This document shows, piece by piece, positions 54,896 to 64,000 of a stretch of DNA of 64,000 nt; position 1 is the stretch's first letter, and every line of letters begins with the position of its first letter. The position numbers and the translations under genes were made by a program. The notes under the pieces are model-generated. The model worked only from the letters and a program-made list of their open reading frames with translations. It did no database searches and had not been told where the DNA came from. The stretch is taken from the sequence record MN159079.1; one strand, given 5' to 3'.

Positions 54896-57800
54896 TTACT
54901 TGACCATTTTGATCGGAACAGTTACACGCCAATCCTTGGTTCTGAGAGCTGTTTCTTGATCAGTGAATGTGAAAGACACGTCTCCTGTACCAGCCTCACC
55001 TGTGGATGTGACCGTCATGGTTGTGTACCCGGAAGGATCCGGCTCACCAGTGATCTGTCCGACACTCTGGAAGAATCGATCATTCTTGACGACATCCTTA
55101 GTGATGCTACCCTTCATAACCTTGAATTGTCCAGACCAGCGATCCTGTCTCAGTACAAACTTAACCGTGGACGTTGCGTTATTAACCGCAGTGCCCTCTG
55201 ACACGTTGAGTACGTCAACAGGTTGTTCAGGACAGACATACGTTCCTTCACACCTGACGCTAAACTGTCGTTTGGCGATGGTCACGACAAGTTCCGGCCA
55301 GAACTCTCCACCAAGATGTGTGGTGCTAATCGAGAGATAATAAACACCAGGATCCAGTGCCGGATCGTGGATGAGCATGTTAGAATAACCCTGGGTCGCA
55401 GGGAGTCCCGGATCTTTATTCTTGATGCTCAACGTGTAGAACGTAGCACCCTGTAGTGGTTCACCATCTACCTCAATACGACACTTCATCCGTTGCATCT
55501 TGATAGGAACTATTCCTTCGCTGTCAGGATACAGGACCAGATCAGTGATGGGTGGTCGTGCCATAGCGATGTTACCAACAACACTGTGCGTCGTTACTTT
55601 ACCATCTGGCGCGGTGTAGGTTGCATGAATGGTAAACGGTATGTCGTCGGTGCTGAAGTAGGCGTCACGGTTAGTGAAGAACAGAAGTCCATTCGCATCA
55701 GTGCCGCGTTTCTCCATTGCGGTCTGATTAACAACCCCTTCCCAAGACTTGTCAAAAGTAACTTCGATTTGGACATTGGGATCGTCAATAGCTACTGGCT
55801 TATCGTCGTAAGAAAGTGTCATAGGCATACTTTCTACTTCGAACGGCTGCCAGTTCAACAACGCTTGGTGGGTGATAAGGATATTCTCATCAGCTTTCAC
55901 TGTAGAGTCTATTGTTACCTTAGCCACCTGTGCTTCTGTAGGTGTTGTGATATCGTTCCTTGTAAACGCCACTACGTTCTTGTGGGATCCAGGCGCGATC
56001 ATCTTCCAAGGAAGATCAAGGCTCTTCCCAGTGACATTTTCGGGAATACCAATCTGTACACCGCCGGTGGTCGTAGTGAAAGCGGGAACTGTCTTGTGGT
56101 TATCCGTGAAACGGGTCTCATCATTCCACAATGCAAATGACACCACACCCTTATCATCACGTTTACCGTCAAGAGTGAACTGATTAGGCATCGCCAGGAA
56201 ATCAGGACCGTCGTAAGGCTTGAGAGTGAACTTCTTGGTGTACGAGAAACGACGCCAGCCATTATCGACACCAATAGCCATATCAAACTTTACATCTACC
56301 ACCTTTTCCTCGGTTACTTTCTTGATGTAGAGCCAAGCTGTTTTATCCCAGGTATAAGGATCGATATGCTTCACGACTTCTTTACCAGGCGTGGTAACAA
56401 AGTCAATCAAGACATCTCTTGTCCGTTCTTCGCCGTTCACCAATACCTTAACTGGGAGGCCACCACCATCATAACCNNNNNNNNNNNNNNNNNNNNNNNN
56501 NNNNNNNNNNNNNNNNNNNNNNNNNNNNNNNNNNNNNNNNNNNNNNNNNNNNNNNNNNNNNNNNNNNNNNNNNNNCAGGTATAAGGATCGATATGCTTCA
56601 CGACTTCTTTACCAGGCGTGGTAACAAAGTCAATCAAGACATCTCTTGTCCGTTCTTCGCCGTTCACCAATACCTTAACTGGGAGGCCACCACCATCATA
56701 ACGATTTGCAATAATGTTTTCGCCGGACAGAGGGACAACAGAGATAACGGAATCTTTAACGATGTTGGGATAGACGTAAAGTTGGTCCCACCAAATCGTT
56801 CCCTGAGGAGATACATAGTGGCTCTTGAATCCAACTGTGTCGGTCACCATCACACCAGGCTGACCAGAGTCTCTGATCACTTCATAGAACAACCGGTTAG
56901 GTTCGGCGCGAGTTAACTGGATGAGCTTCTTGGGTCCCAATTCTTCACCAACTGGGAAATCCATGTCCTCAGTAGGAATGTTCTTCCCACCAATCGCAGC
57001 GATATAGTTGGTGTAAAGTGTTTCCCCTTTCTTACCTGTTAGTCCGTTAGGATCCAACTTAACTTGGGTGAGTCTTCCGTAACCAGGAATAGCCTTGGTG
57101 ATTTCCAGATCAATGAAACACTTGGCCGTGTAAACCTCGGTGAGGACTGTATGACGGAACGTCCCTATCAACAGGTCTAACAACACCCCGTCTGTGACAG
57201 CGTTGGTAATCGGTCCTGTATAGAGGACACCGCCCTTGTACTCTCCCTTGGACCGAACACTTACGCCGTGGAGCATGGATGTCATGTATTCCGGGATAGT
57301 TGCCAGTTTAATGGGCTCGCCTTTAAACTTCGCCTTCACCACGATGCCTAGTTCGGCACCGGTTGGTGCGTTAATAAGCAACGGATATCCGTAGAGCGTT
57401 AAATCAGAAGGAGTGTCTTTCTGGATTTTCACGGTCATCTTTGCGGTGGTGTCGTAGTCGAATCCACCAGAGCTATGAATCATGTTTACTTGGATTTCCT
57501 CAATGAAATCTTCAGTAGCTGATCCACGGAATGCCTTGATCACCATTTCCAGTTTGTTATCAGTGCGCTCGATGACCAATCGGTCAGACGGACTAAACGT
57601 CATGTCTACAAGAGTGGTAACGTCCACGTCACCAATGGTGAGCTTGAGATTATGCCTGACCTCTTGTCCACGCTGGATGTTGACGTTCTTGGGGATGTTG
57701 TGTTGTATGTCATTTAGACCCAACTCTTCCCGGATTAGTTCACTTACGTAGATGATGACATTCTCGCTCCCGATCGCTTCGTCTGTTACCTTTACGGTTC

Positions 57801-58332
57801 CAGAGGTAAACGTGTTGGGATCGATGTCAGTGGCGTTCTTCCTCGATAACTCCATCGATTTAAAGAAGATATCTCCAAAGAGATCATTAATCGCTTGGAG
57901 ATCATTCAGTTGGCGATTGGGTAAACACACCCCGATTGAATTACGCCAGGCCAAGAACAGCACTTTACCCTGGACGGTACCGCGTTTAAAACCTTCAATG
58001 AAATCTTCGAAGGTCATAACCACTTCTACCGCGACACCAAAGTCCGTGAGAACGTCTCTGAGCGATACTTGTTCCAGCTCCAGGTCAACCCTCGCAAAGT
58101 TACGAGAACGTCGTGTAAGGCACACACGTTTGACATTATCAGGTCCTGTATGGACTCGTTCAATGATAAAGTCTTCTGCTTTCATTCCACTGTAACGAAC
58201 ATCGGCAAGTTGACGGTCAACTATGTCACCCTGTTCTGTTACGAGTTCATGTCGTTTCCGGAGGAAACGTTTAACAGGTGAATACAATGGGTCTTTTACC
58301 CATCGTGGAAACACCTTGCTTTCTTCTGCCAT
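54896..58332 (-). CDS. Large beta-sandwich (Ig-like) repeat virion protein, about 1069 aa after removing an assembly artefact
   Basis: ORF-track entries 56437..58356 and 54896..56443 are one gene. 56349-56475 is duplicated at 56576-56702 across the N-gap; collapsing 227 bp restores one frame. Start ATG 58332 with SD AAGGGG. Beta-rich ~100-aa modules; the virion location is inference. Confidence 0.7.
56349..56702. other. Scaffold gap (99 N) with 127-bp duplicated flanks; assembly artefact
   Basis: Exact direct repeat, offset 227 bp (same as the 9.8-kb gap). Confidence 0.92.
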
Positions 58333-58380
58333 AACTATACCCCTTATTGTCGTCATAGCATTTGAGAATAAACAAAATAA

Positions 58381-58410
58381 AGAGAACCCTACCTTTCGGT
58401 AGGGTTCTCT
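58381..58410 (-). terminator. Intrinsic terminator
   Basis: AGAGAACCCTACC-TTTC-GGTAGGGTTCTCT; the A-tract on the left gives a U-tail for the minus strand. Confidence 0.85.
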
Positions 58411-58423
58411 AATGACTTATTGT

Positions 58424-61400
58424 TTACTTGTTGTGGATACCACCACTGAACGCACGATTATCCAGCGCACGGTTCACAACGGCATCCAAGGTTTCGTTGT
58501 TCGGGTACTTGTAAGTACCAGTCAACTGGAAGTCCGAAGGTGTTGCATTCGGACCCGCACCAGGGAATGTCGCTGTCAAGATACCGGTTGCAGGATCGTA
58601 AGTTTCGTTGGCTACGCCAGCACCATCGGTACGACCTGGGGTGTACACGCGAGTAACTGTCGGACCCAACTTAACAGACGGACTGAACGAACCATCGGCT
58701 TCTTTACACATCATGGAGAAGTTGACATTACCACCACCCCAAGAGATGTCATACAACTCAACGTTACGCGCACCCTTCACAGGGATGGACGTTGCTGAGA
58801 AACTGATAGTGAACGGAACGTACACTTCTGCGTTCTCCGCATTACCGTCTACCTTGATCCAGCCATTACCGTTGTAGTTGGTACCGGCGGCGTCAGGAGC
58901 TGCAACAGCGTAGGTTGTTACATACGCACTCTCGTTGTTCAGGTGCTCACAAACGTAACGATTAGTGCCAGGAATGAGACCTGTCATGTTACCGAATACG
59001 TAAGTGGCTTGTCTCGGCATGACCGAGTTAGCACCCGGAACCAGGTTGTGAGACATTTTCAGGTTGTTACCAATCCAGGTGTAGCCTGTGGTGTTTGCGC
59101 TGTAGTACCAAGCGCGACGAGAACCAGAAATCTGGGTCTTGGCCGCTGCTTCGGTTGTCACCATTGCAGTACAACCAACGAGCATGCTCAGGTCAACAGG
59201 AATCGGTTCGATGTCGAACTGAACTGTGAGAACACCAGTTGCTGGGTCGTAAGCACTGCTCTTCACATCCAGGGAACCACCCTTAGAACCTTGTGCTGAA
59301 TCCAGCTTGGTCACGGTAGCTTCAGTCGGAAGATCGTTAGTGTTATTCTTCAGCGTGTACTTCATTGTGGCCACGTTATCCTTGACGGAAACAGAATCCA
59401 GCGTTGAGACGTACGGTCCTTTAGGGAGGACATTGGTGTAATCCAGAACCCAAGGAAGTCTTACCTCCAGGTTATCCGGTTGTTTGAGCGACAGGTATCC
59501 ATTACCGGTGTAATGGGTGTCCTCTGTGGTACTCGGAGCAGCTACGTTGTAGTCAATGATCCAAGATACTTCACCCTGGGTGTGAATGGTACCAACTGCA
59601 CCAGTCGTTGCGGACGGGTTAACCGCCAGCGCCACGAATGCGCCGTCACCCTGGAAGTTGTAACCACCGTTAAGCGTTACATAGTAGTTACGCTGCAAGC
59701 GGCCATTCTTCCATTCGATACCGAGGTCACGCATGTCGAAGACGTTCTGTACGAAGTCGACTTTGTACTTAGCGATCTGGCCATCATTGGTGGTGATTTC
59801 CATATCCGCTTCGAACTTATCGGCCCAAGAACCAGTGAGGATCTTGGTCTTCGCAGACCAGCTCAGGACACCAGTCGCAGGATCGTAGGACTGTGTGAGT
59901 TGGTTAGAGACGTTATCGAGGAAACCCTTCACCGGAGTGAACTTGGTAATCCGAGCGCTAGTTGGGATTGCTCCGGTCAGATCCATTTTCAGTTTCTGAG
60001 AGAACAAATCAACTTGGTGGTACTGACTAACAGGACCTGCGGAAGGAACAATCGGTTCACTATAGTCCACAGTGAACGGAATGATTACCTTAACCTTGTT
60101 ACCCTTGTCGACGCTGTAGTTACCAGTCCCCGTGGTCTTGTACGGACGGATGTCAGTACGACGTGGGAGATTCAGTTTCCACACCTTATCACCGGCGGTG
60201 TGATCCAGCAAGCTAGCAGTGCCAGCATTGTTGGTGTATTCAACACCATTCAGTACGAGGTTGTCGATAGCCACGGTACCCGCTGTTACTTCATGGTCAA
60301 GGACCAGAGCGTTAGCGCCCAGCGTTGCGTTCACACTCTTAACGAGATGTTCCACATGCTGGTAGGTCACGTGAGGTTTGAAGGTACTACCGTCTTCGTT
60401 ACCAGAGTCAATGGTACCCTCGAGGATAACTTCAACTGGTGTTGCGCCGCTAGGAGCGTCACAGTCATAAGTCACCACAAAGAGACCAGTTGTCTTGTCA
60501 TAGACAGGAGGTTTGGTCGAAGAGATGGTCGCGCCAGTTGCCACAGGTTCACCGACAAACTTAACATCAGGCGGGAATGCACCGTCGTTATTGGCAAACT
60601 TGTAGGTCTCTACCAGTTCATTGTTAGTGATAACAGTGCTGACCTTGGTAGGAGTGTAAATAACCGGAGCAGGAGGTACCACAGCCTTGGTAACTTCCAT
60701 CTTACTATCCAACGCCGGTTTGGTGATGTTATCGCCATAAGCCGGGAAGTTCACACGACTGTTGAAGGTCGCCTGACCACCGTTCTTAGCGAACGCATCA
60801 GTCATCTCGAACACAAATGTCAAGATACCAGTTACTGGATCGTAGCTTTCACTCTTAGGTGTCTTGGTTCCGTTCAGGGTATTCAGAACGTAGTCGAACG
60901 GCTTATTGGTATAAGCTGTGCCTTTCGGAACACCGCCTTGGGCAAAAGCGTTGTTAACTGTCACTGTCAACAGGTTGCCTTCCAGCTCCATGTCTTTCAG
61001 CCAGGTGTTAACGTAACCGTTGTTAGTCAAGAACTGCTTGAAGGTACAAGTCCACGGGAGTGCGTAGAACAACTTACCACCTGCGTTGGCCATGAACTTA
61101 CCGCTGACCTTGTAGACAGTAACGTCATCAGTCTTCGGAGGAGTTGTCGGGACATAGCACAGATAGAAGATGTTCGGGGTAGCGCTACCGGTCTTCTCGG
61201 TACGGATGGGCCCGGTTGCTTCGGGATCGGCCGAAGTCACCACGTGGTAACCTTCAGTGATATCCACATCACCAGCATTGCGCTTCACCTTGTGGGTAAT
61301 GCGGAACGCCTTCTCGTAGTCCTGCCATCCAGCGTTGGTCTGGGTGACACTATGGACATACAGGGTGTGAGTGAGAGGAGCGGTCAGCTCTTTGACACCA

Positions 61401-64000
61401 GCCTTGAACACAGGGTTGATAACGACAGGGAGTGCGGCCGTACCGGTCGGTTTGGTAATCCCAACCTTGAAGCTGAAACGACCTGTTTGGTCATCATAGA
61501 CTTCCTCAGTTGCCACACCGTCGATGTTGGAAGGAGAAGAGAACGCCTTAACCATCATCTCTGTCGGAATGCTGCCGTCACCATTGGTGATGTCATAGAC
61601 AATCGCCATAGTTGCGTCGTCAACAGTACTGGAGACGTGAGTAGCGATCAGAATCCGATCCGGGTTAACAATAGCCTCGAACAGCGTGTCCTTACCAATA
61701 CCACCGTCGTCGGCCCAGATATCAGTTACGAACTTGACCTTCTCGCCATCAAGCAGCGGGTTCATCTCAAATACAAACGAACCTTCACCAGTTGCAGGAT
61801 CGTACTTATACAGTTTACCATCAACACTCACCGGAGTACGGTTTCCGCCAACAGTTTTCTCTGCTGAAGTAAACGGAGTCTTCAGGCGGAGATTGAACGG
61901 ATAGGCATCACCTTCCGGAGTGACCTTGAAGGAGACGGTCAACTGGTTGGTATCTACGTCGTACTTCCCACCAAGGGTGGTGGTAGTAAAGGTCTTCGGT
62001 TTCGGCAGTACGTAAGAACCGCCAGTCACACGTGGGGTGATGAAACCGCACGGGTTCTTCAGTTTCGCGGTACCCGTAGCAGAGATGGACTTCTGAGCGG
62101 TCGCATTACCGTAGTAATGAACCACCAGAGTGATCACACCAGTCGCAGGGTCGAAGGACTGAGATTGGATCTTACCGTTATCAGCGGTGCCTGAGCCAGC
62201 GATCGCGCCAGTGAAGTAACCGTCCAGAGGGATGTTACCATCTTTGGTCAATGTATCAACCAACCAAGTCACTTCGATCACCGGAGAAGTACCTACCGGA
62301 GCGTTGATCTGTTTGTGTGCAGGGTTGCTACGGAAGATCGCAGTACCTTCACTCACATCAGGGAGGAGATGGTAATCAGAACGAGATGCTGTTACAGTCA
62401 TGTTCTCGAACGGATAGTTGAACTCCAGTGTCCAGTCCCAACGTTGGTTGGTGTTCTCGTGCATCGGAACAGCGACGGTACCGACCCAGACGTTACGATC
62501 TTCACCTTCTGTGGCTTTACGTTTCCAGACAAGCTCAGCTTCGAAGCCAGGATGGTTCCCGCCGTTACTAATCTTGAAGTTGGTCAGTTTGGCGGCTACA
62601 TCTACGGAACTAACACCCTTGGTATCGCGGAACGAATACTCAAACTTGAGTTCTTGGTTGCAATAGGACTTGTTCAGCAGATAGATGGTCAACGGCTCCA
62701 CCGTCTCGGTCACACGGAACGGAACTTCGGTATCTTCAACCAGTACAACACCTTCGTAATCGTACATTACGGGAACAGTGGTCACTTCTTTAGCTGTTAC
62801 GCTATAGGTGATGGTCATGGTCCCGGCATTGTAATTCTGGGAAACCGGGTTAACCCCTTCCAGACCAGTCCCACCATTGATGGGTTGAACCACAACAGTT
62901 GTCGGTGCAGGAGAGCCATCGTTAGCCACGACTTTACCGGAGTGAGTGATCAACTTGGTGGTCATCACCGGCTTTTCCCAGACAATGGAGTACGCGCTCT
63001 TAGCTGTCGTTTCCACAGTGTAGGACTCAGAGGCATTCGGGTATTCGTCGGCGTAGACACGACCTTCAACCAGGTAGTTGGTACCCTCACCACTCGGATT
63101 CTCCAGAGCGATATCAGCGTACACAGTTCCTGTATTGACATCGTAACGACGATTGGTCAATTCCTTGGTACCGTTCTTGGTGTTCACCGCACGGGTAACC
63201 GGAGTCACCAGTGTAGCACCTTCAGGGATGGTGTCATCGGACAGACGAACTTGCATACTGACAGTACCGACGGTCCCGTTAACAGTCAGTTTGGCTTCAG
63301 TCACCTTGATCGGGGTGCGAACAACTTTGACGACCACGTCATCGATGAACTGAAGTTCCGGCTTACCAACATACGGAGTCAGAATTACTGACCCAACGAA
63401 TGCGTACGTCATATCCTTGGAAGGATCGAGTGTGACAGTCGCTTCGAACTTGGCGAGACCAGTCACGGGATCGTAACTCGTGTCTTCCTTGGTGATCGGA
63501 GTCGCAACGTTGGTTGCAGTAGCAAACGGAATCTTGAAGTCAGCAGCTACCGGGTAGGACCCGTCTGCAAGCCGAACCTTGTAAATGCCAATTGCTTTAT
63601 CACCGACAACTTCCAGAGACTGGAGAGTGATACTCGGATCGGTGTTTCCAGTGCCATCATCCGGGAGAGTCCAGGAATCAGGTTTCACTGTACCAGTTGT
63701 TTCGGCTACAGCGTAGCTGGTACCAGAAGGAACAGTTGCACTTACGGTGAGTGCATACTTCTCGATGGTGTCGTTCGGTGCAACGATGTCCGCACTAACT
63801 TCCCACAAGCCCTTGCTCTTATCAATCTCCTTGAAGGAGAACTTGGGATCAGCAGCGATGTTCTCACCAGAAACATAGGCAAGTGTGGCGTCGCCGGTGT
63901 AGGTGGCATCACCAAGGTACAGCCCTACCTTCCTGACGATACGGAGACCATTGAGCGTGGTTTCAACATCGGTTGCAGTGAGATCGAGTACCAGGTCCTT
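58424..64000 (-). CDS. Giant Ig-like/beta-sandwich repeat protein (at least 1858 aa), 5'-truncated by the window end
   Basis: The frame stays open for 64 more codons beyond the TTG at 63808, to base 64000. At least 11 ~100-110-aa modules carry a YDPxTG(V/I)L(T/S) motif; Thr/Val/Gly/Pro-rich. Confidence 0.8.
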   Translation of the reverse strand, partial: KDLVLDLTATDVETTLNGLRIVRKVGLYLGDATYTGDATLAYVSGENIAADPKFSFKEIDKSKGLWEVSADIVAPNDTIEKYALTVSATVPSGTSYAVAETTGTVKPDSWTLPDDGTGNTDPSITLQSLEVVGDKAIGIYKVRLADGSYPVAADFKIPFATATNVATPITKEDTSYDPVTGLAKFEATVTLDPSKDMTYAFVGSVILTPYVGKPELQFIDDVVVKVVRTPIKVTEAKLTVNGTVGTVSMQVRLSDDTIPEGATLVTPVTRAVNTKNGTKELTNRRYDVNTGTVYADIALENPSGEGTNYLVEGRVYADEYPNASESYTVETTAKSAYSIVWEKPVMTTKLITHSGKVVANDGSPAPTTVVVQPINGGTGLEGVNPVSQNYNAGTMTITYSVTAKEVTTVPVMYDYEGVVLVEDTEVPFRVTETVEPLTIYLLNKSYCNQELKFEYSFRDTKGVSSVDVAAKLTNFKISNGGNHPGFEAELVWKRKATEGEDRNVWVGTVAVPMHENTNQRWDWTLEFNYPFENMTVTASRSDYHLLPDVSEGTAIFRSNPAHKQINAPVGTSPVIEVTWLVDTLTKDGNIPLDGYFTGAIAGSGTADNGKIQSQSFDPATGVITLVVHYYGNATAQKSISATGTAKLKNPCGFITPRVTGGSYVLPKPKTFTTTTLGGKYDVDTNQLTVSFKVTPEGDAYPFNLRLKTPFTSAEKTVGGNRTPVSVDGKLYKYDPATGEGSFVFEMNPLLDGEKVKFVTDIWADDGGIGKDTLFEAIVNPDRILIATHVSSTVDDATMAIVYDITNGDGSIPTEMMVKAFSSPSNIDGVATEEVYDDQTGRFSFKVGITKPTGTAALPVVINPVFKAGVKELTAPLTHTLYVHSVTQTNAGWQDYEKAFRITHKVKRNAGDVDITEGYHVVTSADPEATGPIRTEKTGSATPNIFYLCYVPTTPPKTDDVTVYKVSGKFMANAGGKLFYALPWTCTFKQFLTNNGYVNTWLKDMELEGNLLTVTVNNAFAQGGVPKGTAYTNKPFDYVLNTLNGTKTPKSESYDPVTGILTFVFEMTDAFAKNGGQATFNSRVNFPAYGDNITKPALDSKMEVTKAVVPPAPVIYTPTKVSTVITNNELVETYKFANNDGAFPPDVKFVGEPVATGATISSTKPPVYDKTTGLFVVTYDCDAPSGATPVEVILEGTIDSGNEDGSTFKPHVTYQHVEHLVKSVNATLGANALVLDHEVTAGTVAIDNLVLNGVEYTNNAGTASLLDHTAGDKVWKLNLPRRTDIRPYKTTGTGNYSVDKGNKVKVIIPFTVDYSEPIVPSAGPVSQYHQVDLFSQKLKMDLTGAIPTSARITKFTPVKGFLDNVSNQLTQSYDPATGVLSWSAKTKILTGSWADKFEADMEITTNDGQIAKYKVDFVQNVFDMRDLGIEWKNGRLQRNYYVTLNGGYNFQGDGAFVALAVNPSATTGAVGTIHTQGEVSWIIDYNVAAPSTTEDTHYTGNGYLSLKQPDNLEVRLPWVLDYTNVLPKGPYVSTLDSVSVKDNVATMKYTLKNNTNDLPTEATVTKLDSAQGSKGGSLDVKSSAYDPATGVLTVQFDIEPIPVDLSMLVGCTAMVTTEAAAKTQISGSRRAWYYSANTTGYTWIGNNLKMSHNLVPGANSVMPRQATYVFGNMTGLIPGTNRYVCEHLNNESAYVTTYAVAAPDAAGTNYNGNGWIKVDGNAENAEVYVPFTISFSATSIPVKGARNVELYDISWGGGNVNFSMMCKEADGSFSPSVKLGPTVTRVYTPGRTDGAGVANETYDPATGILTATFPGAGPNATPSDFQLTGTYKYPNNETLDAVVNRALDNRAFSGGIHNK

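Noticed and set aside
56349-56702. 127-bp direct repeat flanking Ns, giving two overlapping minus-strand ORFs
   Set aside because: Same artefact; the merged gene is 54896..58332.
59480-63391. Long plus-strand ORFs (795 aa and 358 aa) opposite the giant repeat protein
   Set aside because: Antisense shadows of a codon-biased gene; no recognisable motifs or RBS.
1-64000. tRNA, rRNA, integrase, transposase, intron/intein or homing endonuclease insertions
   Set aside because: Intergenic gaps are short and explained by terminators/promoters; no cloverleaf, LAGLIDADG/GIY-YIG or intein motifs were recognised by eye. tRNAscan-SE/Infernal would be needed to exclude small RNAs formally.

Overview
This 64-kb window is from a lytic jumbo myophage of the phiKZ-like, nucleus-forming group. 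It is not bacterial chromosome. No rRNA, tRNA, CRISPR array, integrase or transposase was seen. The left part (1-26.3 kb) is a virion/lysis block: the 5' part of a probable portal gene, baseplate-type structural genes, a RuvC resolvase, a 4-TM membrane protein facing an overlapping i-spanin/o-spanin pair, three paralogous phiKZ gp131-type tail-fibre genes (the third extended by about 33 DUF285/BspA-like repeats), a central spike with an HxH tip, and an SbcC/Rad50 ATPase. The middle (26.4-54.8 kb) is an almost entirely plus-strand block. It carries five copies of a 24-bp promoter-like motif, TTCAGA-N3-ATATTATC-N2-AGTGT. It encodes a signal-peptide lytic transglycosylase, NAD-dependent DNA ligase, RNase HI, a P-loop domain fused to an internal-head-type protein, a tandem pair of beta-helix-like paralogs and many small ORFans. 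It also holds a bacterial-looking four-gene membrane cassette (Gly/Ala-hairpin protein, HNH-motif+TM protein, PagP-like beta-barrel, small TM protein) and a 1105-aa YadA-type trimeric autotransporter. The right end (54.9-64 kb) holds two very large minus-strand beta-sandwich repeat proteins; the second runs off the window. Two N-gaps (9.8 kb and 56.5 kb) have duplicated flanks at an identical 227-bp offset. They are scaffolding artefacts that split single genes. The best candidate for an undescribed system is the promoter-driven 46.4-49.8 kb cassette, part of a broader pattern of host-envelope-directed genes downstream of the motif. All family assignments come from motif recognition only; no database search was run.
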